DNA of 62,005 nucleotides, the filler included, from Deltaproteobacteria bacterium (GTDB lineage: Bacteria; JAUYMQ01), in assembly GCA_030698575.1 (NCBI GenBank). It is 10 parts of 10 records of this genome, joined end to end, with 100 filler letters (N's around TTAATTAATTAA, not from the genome) between each part and the next. Parts side by side here need not be neighbours in the genome. Positions count along the whole stretch, not along the records: positions 36,290 to 49,388 come from JAUYMQ010000108.1; positions 49,489 to 53,427 come from JAUYMQ010000120.1; positions 53,528 to 56,947 come from JAUYMQ010000126.1; positions 57,048 to 62,005 come from JAUYMQ010000130.1; 6 more parts are not named here. One strand, written 5' to 3'. The notes under the pieces were generated by a model. That model ran no database searches, was not told where the DNA came from, and saw only the letters and a program-made list of their open reading frames with translations. Below, one piece after another: positions 48,706 to 59,416 of this stretch. The first letter of the stretch is position 1. The number at the start of each line of letters is the position of its first letter. The position numbers were made by a program, and so were the translations under genes.

Positions 48706-49220
48706 GACAACTCCTCGAACGCGAACGTTCCCTGATTCCGCTCGTGGCGGAAAAGGACATTGCCGCTGGCGAGACGCTCTCGAATGATCTCCGTGTAGGC
48801 GGGCTCGACCTCGATGAGCGTTGCCTCGATCCCGAGTTCCTGCGCGGCTACCCCGGTGGATCCAGAGCCGGCGAATGGGTCGAGGACCCGCGACCCCGGA
48901 GCGAGGGGAGCGAGGAGAGCATGCATGAGTTCGATGGGTTTGCCAGCCAGGTGCAACTTCTGCTTCGGCCCGCAGGAGGACAGCCCCTTCGCTCCCCACA
49001 CGACGTAGGACCGCTGATCCCGATTGTCGCCAGAGAAGCTCGGGTCGACGGTCAAGCTTCCGGAATGGCGGTGCTTAACCTCGGGAGATCGGGAGCGATC
49101 AGCCCGGGAAAGGCCTCCCGAGGAGTAGGGAGGGTCGGTCACGACAGCGTCGAACATCCCCTCTGGGAGCTCCCGGAGCGCAGCGTAGCTTTCACCCTCG
49201 ATGATCGTGATTGCCGACAC
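48702..49220 (-). pseudogene. Beta-class amino DNA methyltransferase with apparent internal deletion
   Basis: DPPY and DPFAGSGSTG are present, but the protein is only 172 aa; junction DQRSY|VVWG. Confidence 0.7.
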
Positions 49221-49488
49221 AAAACCTCCGATACGTCTTGATCTCCGATACGTGGTAGTGTATCGTGTCGGGACCAGTCGGTCAACAGCATGGAAAATCA
49301 GGGCCGCAGCCGAGGGAGGCGAGATGGATCTGGACGAGCGATACTCCGCCGAGTGCATCCCGGCCACGCCGGCGAGCTGCGCGAGCAGNNNNNNNNNNNN
49401 NNNNNNNNNNNNNNNNNNNNNNNNNNNNNNNNTTAATTAATTAANNNNNNNNNNNNNNNNNNNNNNNNNNNNNNNNNNNNNNNNNNNN

Positions 49489-50319
49489 TTGTAAGCCTTG
49501 TCCGTGGTGATCCAGGGGCAACCACGGACGCATGGCCTCGTTCTTCAACACGACGCTCGCGCGGGAGATCAGATCCCAGGTATTCATCGGGAGCATGCGG
49601 AGACGCGCATCGCCCTCGCCCTGACCTACGGCGACGTGGGTCGCCTGTCCGATTGTTGTAGCAATGCCGCCGAGCTTTGGATCGGCGGTCAATAAGCGGG
49701 CGTCAAGCTCGTCGAGCGTAGTCTGGACCTCTCCTTCGACGTCAGGGGGAATCCGAATCGACTTGAGCAATCCCGACCAGAGCGAGGACCGTGGGCCGAA
49801 CTCATCACCGGCATCGCGCAGGGCCGCAAGATAGAACAACGGGACGTAGGAGAAGAACCCTGAGAGATTGGTTGCCCGTTGGGCTTTCTGGGTAAGCGGA
49901 GTTCCTGCGGCATCCAGGAATTCCCACGCCGGTTCGAACGCCTCTGATTCTGTTTGCCACCGGCACGTCACCCGCAGAGTGATGCGGTTGCGTCCAACGC
50001 CGTCCAAGACGACGAGATCGTCCAAGGCCGCGACCATGTCCTCGGGCCAGGGCGTGCTTGCCGTGTCCTCCAGGTGGAGGAGCACTTGCACCGGCGGGGC
50101 CGTCTTTGGGTCTATTGCCTCACCCGGGCAATGGACATCGTGTTCGGTGAACCCGGTTCCACGTCGGCCCCAGCGGCGGGAGAGAGCCACGCGAACAGCC
50201 TCCAGAATCGCGGTCTTGCCAGTATTATTCGCTCCAATGAAGACCGTGGTCTCATCGAGCTCGACTGCAAGCCCACGAATGCACCGGAAGTTCTCAATGT
50301 GAAGGCGGCTGATCTGCAT
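49489..50319 (-). CDS. OLD-type ABC ATPase/ATP-dependent nuclease, 3' truncated
   Basis: LHIENFRCI, Walker A GANNTGKT, YLAALRD, HGQGLQ signature. Confidence 0.85.
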
Positions 50320-50399
50320 GGGGTCTTCCTGGGGTCTTCCTAAGCGCGAATCTCCGGCTTCGCTCCGCCGATCTGCGTCGGAATCGTGATCCGACGACT

Positions 50400-50867
50400 T
50401 CAAAGTTGCGTCCTCTCCGTTCCCTGCGCCGCAGTCGCGTCCCTAACGATCAGACGACTGGTTCCAAGGACGCGCAGTACCGCGCCAAGCGCACGCGATT
50501 GATGAGTTCGGATCGCGCATTCCCAGACTGTGCACACGTGCCAACCTGCACCGCGGAGCCTGCGCTCATTCCTGCGGTCCCGTGCGATGTTCCCTTGGAT
50601 CTTCGGAATCCAGTAGCCGCTGTTTTGCTTGGGGGTGCGACCCTTGAGGCACCGGTGTCCATGCCAGAAGCAGCCCTTCACCTGAATGATGAGTCGATGC
50701 CGTGTGAGCACGATGTCCGGCCGGCCCGGGAGCCCAGGGTGGTGGAGGCGGTAGCGATACCCCATGCGGTGCAGCGTGCGGCGGACGATGAGTTCTGGCT
50801 TCGTGTCCTTGGATCGGATCCGCGACATGACCGCGGAGCGTTTCTCGGGAGAGAAGACATCGGTCAT
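50400..50867 (-). CDS. vsr: Very-short-patch repair endonuclease
   Basis: DVFSPEKRSAVMSRIRSKDTKPE, LPGRPDI, GCFWHGH, VWEC. Confidence 0.93.
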   Translation of the reverse strand: MTDVFSPEKRSAVMSRIRSKDTKPELIVRRTLHRMGYRYRLHHPGLPGRPDIVLTRHRLIIQVKGCFWHGHRCLKGRTPKQNSGYWIPKIQGNIARDRRNERRLRGAGWHVCTVWECAIRTHQSRALGAVLRVLGTSRLIVRDATAAQGTERTQL

Positions 50868-51946
50868 CGCTGCTCCGTGCTCGGCGTCGCTGTCGTCAGA
50901 CCGGACAGCCAGTGTGCCAGGCTTGTCAGCCGGTACCCGGTGATGTGTTCGGCGAGCTTCGAGGCGGAGCGGCGCGGATCGGTGCCGTACGCGGCCAGGA
51001 CTCCGGCGGGATTGACGTGGACCACGGACGAGAAGAGCGCGGCGTTCTGGCGGCGGCGCTCGCAGGCCGCGACCAGGCGGGCGGCGTCGAACTCGTTCGT
51101 CACGAGCACGAAGGCGAAGTCGCGACCGGCATCGTCGAGTCGGGCGTACGCCTCGAAGTCGACGCCGAACTGCTCCTCGCGGTCGGCTCGCACGCTCCAC
51201 TTCGCGCTCACGAGGACCCGCCGGTCCTGTGGCCCGACGACCGCCACGTCGACGCGCCGGGGCTTCTCGTTCCCCGGCGGCGGGCGGAACCCGGGCAGCG
51301 CGTGCAAGAGTGGGCGGGCGTGCACGGAGAGGTCGGCGATTCCGGGGAGTCGCTCGATGACGCTCGCGAGGGCATCCTCGAAGCCTTCTCCAACGAGATT
51401 TTTCCTCTTGTTCTCCTGCGTGAAGTGCGCGCGGATGCGCCGCGCGAGCCGCCGCATGACTTCGGGCGGGGGCTCGGTCGTCAAGTATGGCTCCAGTTCC
51501 TCACGGACGACGTGGCCGAGCGCGGGGTTGTCCCCGGGTTCGGGAAAGCCCCGGCCCTCATACGGGCGCCGCTGCTCAGCGGCGAGCTGGCTTCGGCGCT
51601 GCTCGATCCCGGTGAGCGCCCTGGCCATCCGTTCCGTGCCGCGCTCGAAGAGCCAATCGATCGACGCCCCAAGCTGGCCGGGCTCGCACCCGAGCTCCCC
51701 GGACACCCAGTCATGGAACGCGAGGGAACGCCGGTACCACGGGCGGCCCGGCTGGGCCTTGTCGCTTTCGTAGCAGTGCGCAAGCCCGGTCGTTCGGTCA
51801 ATCCAGAGCAGGAGGCGGTAGACGTGCTGCCACGCGTTTTCGGGTGTGACCGCTCCGGCAGCAGCAAAGTACTCCTCGAGCATCTGGCGGCGGCTCTCCG
51901 AGCCGAACGCCCGGGCGAACTCGGCTGCGCCAGTTTTCCCGTTCAC
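50864..51946 (-). CDS. Putative type II restriction endonuclease (PD-(D/E)xK)
   Basis: GEGFE...VDVAV...SAKWSVRADR...VTNEF; located between the C5-MTase and vsr. Confidence 0.7.
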   Translation of the reverse strand: MNGKTGAAEFARAFGSESRRQMLEEYFAAAGAVTPENAWQHVYRLLLWIDRTTGLAHCYESDKAQPGRPWYRRSLAFHDWVSGELGCEPGQLGASIDWLFERGTERMARALTGIEQRRSQLAAEQRRPYEGRGFPEPGDNPALGHVVREELEPYLTTEPPPEVMRRLARRIRAHFTQENKRKNLVGEGFEDALASVIERLPGIADLSVHARPLLHALPGFRPPPGNEKPRRVDVAVVGPQDRRVLVSAKWSVRADREEQFGVDFEAYARLDDAGRDFAFVLVTNEFDAARLVAACERRRQNAALFSSVVHVNPAGVLAAYGTDPRRSASKLAEHITGYRLTSLAHWLSGLTTATPSTEQR

Positions 51947-53241
51947 GCGGATGCCCGGGCGCCAGAGCGGCGCGAGATCGCTCCAACGAGCGCCACGGCG
52001 ATGGCGCGAGCCAGCAGTGGTGGCACCGCGTTGCCGACTTGGCGGTAGCGGGAATGGGCTGCCCCGCCGTCAATGCGTCCGGGAAGCGGCCCGCGCCGGG
52101 GATCGGTCGTGAAGACGAAACGGTCCGGAAAGGACTGCAGCCGGGCGAACTCCCGGACGCTTAGCGCGCGGCGTTCGCTGTAGTGGTAGACGGAGTCGGC
52201 CTTCGTGTTCAGGGTCCAGGACCAGATGTCCGGGTGGAGGCGGCGATACGCGTAGTAGTGGCGCCGGCCGAGCTGGCCCGACCCGTTGTGCGGGCCCCAG
52301 AGTTCGCCGGTCAGGTAGCGGACGCGCAAGCGCTCCGGCAGGTCGCGATGATTTCCACCTGGAGGCAGTTCTTCGAGCCGCAGCGTCGTGTCGGCGTTGA
52401 TCCGCGGCACGCTGACATTGGTCAGTTCAGCGCCCAACCCTGCCCGCATGCGGCACTGGTACTCCGACGTCGGGCCGGGAAGGTCTTCAATGCGGATCTC
52501 CTCTTCGCGGCGGCCGGGCCGGAGGAAGGCGAGATCACCGATGGCCTGCTCCGCCGTCACGAAGGATGCGTCACTCGGATCCCCTAGGAGGTCCCGTTGC
52601 GCGAAGCGGTCGTTGGTCCCGGTCACGTCGTAGCGAACGCGGCCACGCCCATTGCGCCGCTGGAGTGCGAACGACGACGTCGCGGCCGAACCGGCTAGCG
52701 GAGGCGGGTCGAGCCGAAGGGAGGAGTGGACGCCGAGGAAGATGATGCGGCGCCGGGTTTGTGGCACGCCGAAATCCGCGGCATCGACGACTTGCGAGGT
52801 AACGCGGTACGCGCCCCTGACGCCCAGGTCCTCGACTACCTGCTCGCGGATGCACATCTGATCCAGCCCAGGGACGTTTTCCATGACAAAGGCGAGCGGC
52901 TGGAGCTTCGCGACTGCCCGTACGAACTCCCGATAGAGCGAGTTCTTGGGGTCATCGAGGAGCCGGGCGTGATTCCGAACCTGGGAGAACGCCTGGCATG
53001 GCGGGCCCCCGACGAGAATGTCGGCGCTCGACCCGGCCTCGTGCACGGCGCGGCGGATGCGCAGTTCGCCAACGTCGCCAGGAACGACGACCGCTTCGGG
53101 GAAATTGAGCGCATATGTGGCACACGCGTCGGGATCGATATCGGACCCGGTGGTGATCCGGCAGCCGGCCTGGCGAAACCCCTCGGAGAGACCTCCGGCC
53201 CCGCAGAAGAGGTCTGCAACCCGTAATGACTTTCGTCTCAT
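51943..53241 (-). CDS. DNA (cytosine-5)-methyltransferase
   Basis: DLFCGAGG, GGPPCQAFS, MENVPG, GVPQTRRR, REFARLQSFPD, QVGNAVPP. Confidence 0.95.
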   Translation of the reverse strand: MRRKSLRVADLFCGAGGLSEGFRQAGCRITTGSDIDPDACATYALNFPEAVVVPGDVGELRIRRAVHEAGSSADILVGGPPCQAFSQVRNHARLLDDPKNSLYREFVRAVAKLQPLAFVMENVPGLDQMCIREQVVEDLGVRGAYRVTSQVVDAADFGVPQTRRRIIFLGVHSSLRLDPPPLAGSAATSSFALQRRNGRGRVRYDVTGTNDRFAQRDLLGDPSDASFVTAEQAIGDLAFLRPGRREEEIRIEDLPGPTSEYQCRMRAGLGAELTNVSVPRINADTTLRLEELPPGGNHRDLPERLRVRYLTGELWGPHNGSGQLGRRHYYAYRRLHPDIWSWTLNTKADSVYHYSERRALSVREFARLQSFPDRFVFTTDPRRGPLPGRIDGGAAHSRYRQVGNAVPPLLARAIAVALVGAISRRSGARASA

Positions 53242-53527
53242 GGCATTCCGTTGCCGTCCCCGTGCGACCGAAGCGAAGCAGCCAGTCTCGCGAGTGGACT
53301 CTCTCCGCCCGGAGGCCCCGCGTCAAGCGCCTTCCCGACGGCGGCGGATCGAGGGAACGAAAGAGGGCGCCCGTTTCGTTTCTGCGCCCAACAGTTGTAG
53401 TCTCTTGCTCTCGCGGGTGGGAGGCTGNNNNNNNNNNNNNNNNNNNNNNNNNNNNNNNNNNNNNNNNNNNNTTAATTAATTAANNNNNNNNNNNNNNNNN
53501 NNNNNNNNNNNNNNNNNNNNNNNNNNN

Positions 53528-54200
53528 GAACTGCGGAGCGGAAGGGCCCACGGACGATCCCGCCGTGCGCGAGCTCAGGGAGCGGCAGAAACGGAACTTC
53601 CTGGCCACGCTCATACTTTCGCAGGGCGTCCCCATGCTCAGCCACGGTGACGAGCTCGGCCGGACGCAGAATGGAAACAACAACGCCTACTGCCAGGACA
53701 ACGAGCTGAGCTGGGTCGACTGGGAGCTGGACGACGAACGTCGGGCGCTCCTCGAATTCACGCGCACGGTCATTGCGTTCTACCAGGGGCAGCCGGTGCT
53801 GCAGCGCCGCGGGTTCCTGCTGGGGCGTTCCATCCGGGGCTCCGATGTGAAAGACATCGCATGGCTCGAGCCCTCGGGCAAGGAGATGACCGACGCGGCA
53901 TGGAACGCGCCCTTGGTGCGCTCGCTCGGGGTGCGGCTCGCGGGCGACACGATCCCGGAGGTTAACGAGCGCGGCGAGCGGATCGTGGGCGATACGCTCC
54001 TGATCCTGATGAACGCCCACGAGGATCCGATCCCTTTCATCCTCACGACGGAGGCCGAAGGGCTTCTCTGGGAGCGGGTCATCGATACGCGATCGGCGTC
54101 GAGCACCGCTGAGACCTTTTCCGGCGGGGGCACCTATGAGCTGGAGGGGCGATCGATGGTAGTGCTTCGCCTGAGGGAGAAAAAAGAGGGGAAGGAATGA
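53528..54200 (+). CDS. glgX: Glycogen debranching enzyme, 5' truncated
   Basis: SQGVPML, GDELGRTQNGNNNAYCQDNELSW. Confidence 0.93.
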
Positions 54201-56227
54201 GCAGCGGCAGCCCGACGAGCGGCGGCGAAGCCGGGCGCGGAGCGCCGCGCAAGGCGGCGGTCGCCCGCCCCGCCCGCGTGGTGATCGAGGGCGTCGCGCC
54301 GGAGATCGACCGCGGCGCGTTTCCGATCAAGCGCACGATCGGCGGGAGCGTCGTCGTCGAGGCCGATATCTACGCCGACGGTGACGACGAGCTGGCCTGC
54401 GCGCTCTATCACAGGCGGGAAGCGGACAGCAAGTGGTCGGAGGTCCCCATGGAACTCCTCGGCAACGACCGGTGGCGGGCCTCTTTCGCGGTGACGGAGC
54501 TGGGCCGCTACCGGTACACGCTCCGGGCCTGGGTGGATCACTTTCGCACCTGGCGGCGCGACCTCGGCAAGAAGGCCGATGCAGGCCAGGACGTGTCGGC
54601 TGATCTTCTGGCGGGCGCGATGCTGGTGGAACAGGCCGTGAAGCGAGCCGCCGGCGCGCACGGCGACGCCCTCCGTGAGGCCGCCGACTTTCTCCGCAAG
54701 GGAAAGAAGCAGACGGCGCGAGTCGAGATCGCCCTCGGGAGCGAGCTGGGCTCGCTCATGGCCCGCTACGGTGTGCGCAGCGACGGCGCAGCCTACCCGC
54801 GGGAACTGGCGGTGGTGGTGGATCCCGAGCGGGCGCGCTACGGCGCATGGTACGAGATGTTCCCCCGTTCCTGCGCCCCCACGCCGGGCGCGCACGGCAC
54901 CTTCCGCGACTGCGAGGCGCGGCTTGGCTACGTGGCCGAGATGGGCTTCAATGTCCTCTACCTTCCGCCTATCCACCCCGTCGGGACGGCTCATCGCAAG
55001 GGGAAGAACAACGCGACTACATGCACGCCGGAGGATCCCGGAAGCCCCTGGGCCATTGGCGCGGAGGAGGGGGGGCACACGGCGATCCTCCCGGCTCTCG
55101 GCACAGCGGCGGATTTCCGGTGGCTCGTCGCGAAGGCGAAGGCGCTGGGGCTCGACGTCGCGCTCGATCTGGCCTTCCAGTGCTCGCCCGATCACCCCTA
55201 CGTCAAGGAGCATCCGGGGTGGTTCCGCTGGCGGGCGGACGGCACGATCCAGTACGCGGAGAATCCCCCGAAGAAGTACGAGGACATCTATCCGCTGAAC
55301 TTCGACACGCCCGAGTGGGAGGCGCTGTGGCAGGAGATGAGGCGCGTCGTGCGGCACTGGATCGGCGAGGGCGTGCGGATCTTCCGCGTGGACAATCCCC
55401 ACACCAAGCCCTTCCGGTTCTGGGAGTGGCTCATCGGAAGCGTCAAGCGCGAGCACCCCGACGTCATCTTCCTGTCGGAAGCCTTCACGCGCCCCAAGGT
55501 GATGTACCACCTGGCCAAGCTCGGCTTCACGCAGTCCTACAACTACTTCCCCTGGCGCAACACGAAGTGGGAGTTGACGGATTATTTCACCGAGCTGACG
55601 ACGACCGAAGTGAAGGAGTATTTCCGGCCGAACCTCTGGCCGAACACGCCGGACATTCTCACCGAGTACCTGCAATGGGGCGGCAGACCGGCCTTCATGG
55701 CGCGCTTCGTTCTGGCGGCCACGCTGGGCGCGAGCTACGGCATCTACGGGCCCGCCTTCGAGCTATGCGACAACCGCCCGGCGGGGCCCGGCAAGGAGGA
55801 GTATCTCGACGCGGAGAAGTACGAGATCAAGAAGTGGGACATCGGCCGCGCCGACAGCCTGAAGGACCTCATCGCGCGGGTGAACAGGGTCCGGAAGGAG
55901 AACCCCGCCCTGCACTCGAATGAAGGGCTGCGCTTTCATCCCGTGGACAACGATCAGCTCCTCTGTTACAGCAAACGTTCCGCGGAGCCCGAGAATCTCA
56001 TCCTGGTCGTGGTGAACCTCGACTCCCGCCACACGCAATCGGGATGGGTCGACCTCCCGCTCGAACAGCTGGGCCTGGATCCGGCCCATCCGTTCAAGGT
56101 GCACGACCTCCTGACGGGCGCCAGGTTCCGGTGGCACGGCCCCCGTAACTTCGTCGAGCTGGACCCGCACGTTGTCCCCGCGCACGTCTTCCGCGTTGCA
56201 GTCGTGTCCGGCACGAGCAGCATCTAG
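54197..56227 (+). CDS. glgE: Maltose-1-phosphate:alpha-1,4-glucan maltosyltransferase
   Basis: WYEMFPRS, YLPPIHP, AENPPKKYEDIYP, FRVDNPHTKP, EAFTRP. Confidence 0.95.
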   Translation: MSSGSPTSGGEAGRGAPRKAAVARPARVVIEGVAPEIDRGAFPIKRTIGGSVVVEADIYADGDDELACALYHRREADSKWSEVPMELLGNDRWRASFAVTELGRYRYTLRAWVDHFRTWRRDLGKKADAGQDVSADLLAGAMLVEQAVKRAAGAHGDALREAADFLRKGKKQTARVEIALGSELGSLMARYGVRSDGAAYPRELAVVVDPERARYGAWYEMFPRSCAPTPGAHGTFRDCEARLGYVAEMGFNVLYLPPIHPVGTAHRKGKNNATTCTPEDPGSPWAIGAEEGGHTAILPALGTAADFRWLVAKAKALGLDVALDLAFQCSPDHPYVKEHPGWFRWRADGTIQYAENPPKKYEDIYPLNFDTPEWEALWQEMRRVVRHWIGEGVRIFRVDNPHTKPFRFWEWLIGSVKREHPDVIFLSEAFTRPKVMYHLAKLGFTQSYNYFPWRNTKWELTDYFTELTTTEVKEYFRPNLWPNTPDILTEYLQWGGRPAFMARFVLAATLGASYGIYGPAFELCDNRPAGPGKEEYLDAEKYEIKKWDIGRADSLKDLIARVNRVRKENPALHSNEGLRFHPVDNDQLLCYSKRSAEPENLILVVVNLDSRHTQSGWVDLPLEQLGLDPAHPFKVHDLLTGARFRWHGPRNFVELDPHVVPAHVFRVAVVSGTSSI

Positions 56228-56259
56228 ACACTTTTGCCTGAGAAAGCGGCCCACTCAAC

Positions 56260-56947
<688 letters not shown>

Positions 56948-57047
56948 NNNNNNNNNNNNNNNNNNNNNNNNNNNNNNNNNNNNNNNNNNNNTTAATTAAT
57001 TAANNNNNNNNNNNNNNNNNNNNNNNNNNNNNNNNNNNNNNNNNNNN

Positions 57048-57599
57048 CAGGCCTTCATCATCACCCTCTACGCCGAGATGTACGGGTTTCCGCTCACCAT
57101 TTACGTCCTGAGCGGATTCCTGGGCTGGGACGTCCCCTGGCTCCACGAGAGCGGCCACCTCTGGGCCACGCTGTTCGGCTGGGGCGATCTCGGGGCCATG
57201 ATCGAGATGATGGTCGGGTACGCCTTCGTCTTCTTGGGGATCTCCCTGCTGATCCACGGGTGGCGCGAGGTCTACCGGGCGAGCCGGGCGGGACGCCTGG
57301 CCACCGCCGGCCTCTATGGCGTGGTTCGGCACCCTCAATACGCGGGGATCTTCGTGGCGCTCTTCGGTCAGCTCATCCACTGGCCGACCATCCTGACCGT
57401 GGCGCTCTTCCCCGTCATCGTCTGGGCCTACGTGCGGCTCGCGCGCAAGGAGGAGGGGCGGATGATCGGGCAGTTCGGCGAGGAGTACCTGGACTACCGG
57501 CAGCGCGTCCCCATGTTCCTTCCACACCGGGGGGAGTGGAGGCGGTTGTTGGACGGGAGGCGTGCATCCAGCGGTGAGCCGCTCAGACCCCGAGACTAG
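57048..57599 (+). CDS. ICMT/PEMT-family membrane methyltransferase, 5' truncated
   Basis: EMYGFPLTIY, GLYGVVRHPQY, EE...FGEEY. Confidence 0.88.
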   Translation, partial: QAFIITLYAEMYGFPLTIYVLSGFLGWDVPWLHESGHLWATLFGWGDLGAMIEMMVGYAFVFLGISLLIHGWREVYRASRAGRLATAGLYGVVRHPQYAGIFVALFGQLIHWPTILTVALFPVIVWAYVRLARKEEGRMIGQFGEEYLDYRQRVPMFLPHRGEWRRLLDGRRASSGEPLRPRD

Positions 57600-57619
57600 T
57601 GCGGCATGAGGCGCCGTCA

Positions 57620-59413
57620 TCACGCAGGGCGCTCGGGGGCCTGAGTCACGGAGTGAAAGATCTCGCGGAAGATGCGGCCGGCGATCGGCGCAGCGATCTT
57701 CCCCCCCGTCCCGCCGCGCTCGACGAGGACGACGACCACTATCCGAGGGTCATCCGCCGGCGCATAGCCGGCGAACCAGGCGTGATCCTGCCCCTTGGCG
57801 GAATCGCTGTCCCGGATGATCTGTGCGGTCCCGGTCTTTCCCGCGACGGGAAGGCCGGGACTCCGCGCGGCGGACGCCGTCCCACCGCCGTTCACCGCGG
57901 CCCAGAGACCTCGACGGAGGACGGCGAGAACGGCGGGAGCGAGCGCCACGTGTCCAGTGACCTCTGGAGCGACCGAAAAAACCGTGTCGCCGGCGCTCTC
58001 GACCCGCTGGACGAGGCGAGGCCGCCAGAGGATCCCCCCGTTCGCGATCGCCGCCATGAACCGCGCGACCTGGAGCGGTGTCACGAGTACGCGCCCCTGG
58101 CCGATCGCCACGTTCGCGGTATCTCCCGGCGACCACACGCGGGTAAGCGACGCGCGCGTGGCGGTGGGAAGCAAGCCGACCTTCTCATCGCCGAGCATGA
58201 TGCCCGTCGCCTGACCGAACCCGAAGGCACGGGCGTAGCGGGCGATCCGGTCGATGCCCACCTTCAGTCCCAGGCGGTAGAAGAACGTGTTGCACGATCT
58301 CGCGATCGCTCGCTCGATGTCGATCGGACCCTGGTCTTCGCGTGTCCAGTTTCGGAGCGTCCGGTTCCCGATCTGCATGCTGGCTGGACACGGGAGCCTG
58401 TCGGAAGGCGTGATCAGGCCCTCCTGGAGCGCGGCGGCAGCGACCACGAGCTTGAACACCGAGCCTGGCGGATAGGCCCGAAACGCCCGGTTCAGCAGGG
58501 GATGTTGAGGATCGCGCACCAGCCGCAGCCACTCGTCACGCTCGATCGCGCCGGTGAACAGAGCAGGGTCGAAGGCCGGTGCGGACGCCAATGCCAGGAG
58601 GTCGCCGTTCCGTGGATCCATGACCACCACCGCGCCAACGGCGTCGCCCAATGCGCGCTCCGCCGCCTCCTGGATTCGCCGGTCGAACGTCGTGGTGACG
58701 TCCGCACCCGGCTTCGGCGCGCGCCGCTCGAGGACGCGAAGCGGGCGCCCGGCCACGTCCACCTCCACCTGCTCACCGCCGTCGCGCCCGCGCAGGAACT
58801 CGTCGAGCATTCGCTCGATCCCGCTCTGCCCCGCGAGGTCGCCCGGCCGATAGCGCCCTTCGCGAAGCTGCTCCTGGTTCGCCTCTCGCACGTAGCCGAG
58901 AAGGTGCGCGGCTAAGCGGCCCGACGGATAGGCGCGTCGGGGCTCGAGCGCGACGGTCACGCCCGGCAGCCCCGCGCGCCGCTCTTCGAGCGGGATGACC
59001 TCCTCGAAGGTCAACCCGCGCCGGACGCGCACGGGCCAGGGCGAGTCGGGAGGCGCCGCAGCGAGCGCGCGGTCGAGCTCCGTGTACGGGATCTTCAGGA
59101 GAATCGAGAGCGTGGCGAGCACGGTTTGGCGATCCTCGAGCTCGCGGGGGACGACAGAGACGGTGAAGGCGGGGCGCGCGTCCACGAGCGGGACGCCGTT
59201 CCGATCGGAGACGATGCCTCGCTGGGCGGCCAGAGGTCGCACACGAATCCGGTTCCGGTTGGCCAGCTCGCCGAGTCGCGATCCCTCGAGCACCTGGAGA
59301 TACCAGAGCTGGCCTATGACGACGAGGAAGGCGGCCAGCGTGACGATCGAAAGCGCCCGGAGACGGCGGAGCGTCGCCCTCTGTTCGCTGGAGGCAGGCA
59401 CGGATGAGAGCAC
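57620..59413 (-). CDS. mrdA: Penicillin-binding protein 2
   Basis: N-terminal TM segment, LWYLQV, SVFK, SCN, KTGTAQ, DHAWF. Confidence 0.9.
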   Translation of the reverse strand: MLSSVPASSEQRATLRRLRALSIVTLAAFLVVIGQLWYLQVLEGSRLGELANRNRIRVRPLAAQRGIVSDRNGVPLVDARPAFTVSVVPRELEDRQTVLATLSILLKIPYTELDRALAAAPPDSPWPVRVRRGLTFEEVIPLEERRAGLPGVTVALEPRRAYPSGRLAAHLLGYVREANQEQLREGRYRPGDLAGQSGIERMLDEFLRGRDGGEQVEVDVAGRPLRVLERRAPKPGADVTTTFDRRIQEAAERALGDAVGAVVVMDPRNGDLLALASAPAFDPALFTGAIERDEWLRLVRDPQHPLLNRAFRAYPPGSVFKLVVAAAALQEGLITPSDRLPCPASMQIGNRTLRNWTREDQGPIDIERAIARSCNTFFYRLGLKVGIDRIARYARAFGFGQATGIMLGDEKVGLLPTATRASLTRVWSPGDTANVAIGQGRVLVTPLQVARFMAAIANGGILWRPRLVQRVESAGDTVFSVAPEVTGHVALAPAVLAVLRRGLWAAVNGGGTASAARSPGLPVAGKTGTAQIIRDSDSAKGQDHAWFAGYAPADDPRIVVVVLVERGGTGGKIAAPIAGRIFREIFHSVTQAPERPA

Positions 59414-59416
59414 CGG

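Larger units (their letters stand above)
36290..49388. mobile_element. Phage/plasmid-like element (early and replication region), probably partly decayed
   Basis: Divergent arms of tightly coupled small ORFs; annealase, NinB-like gene, wHTH initiator with iterons, SNF2 helicase, serine recombinase and DNA MTase; no housekeeping genes. Confidence 0.85.

Noticed and set aside
36290-49388. Whole-element TAG reassignment
   Set aside because: Several genes end plausibly at TAG, including the convergent pair at 45258/45275, where read-through would cause long antisense overlaps.
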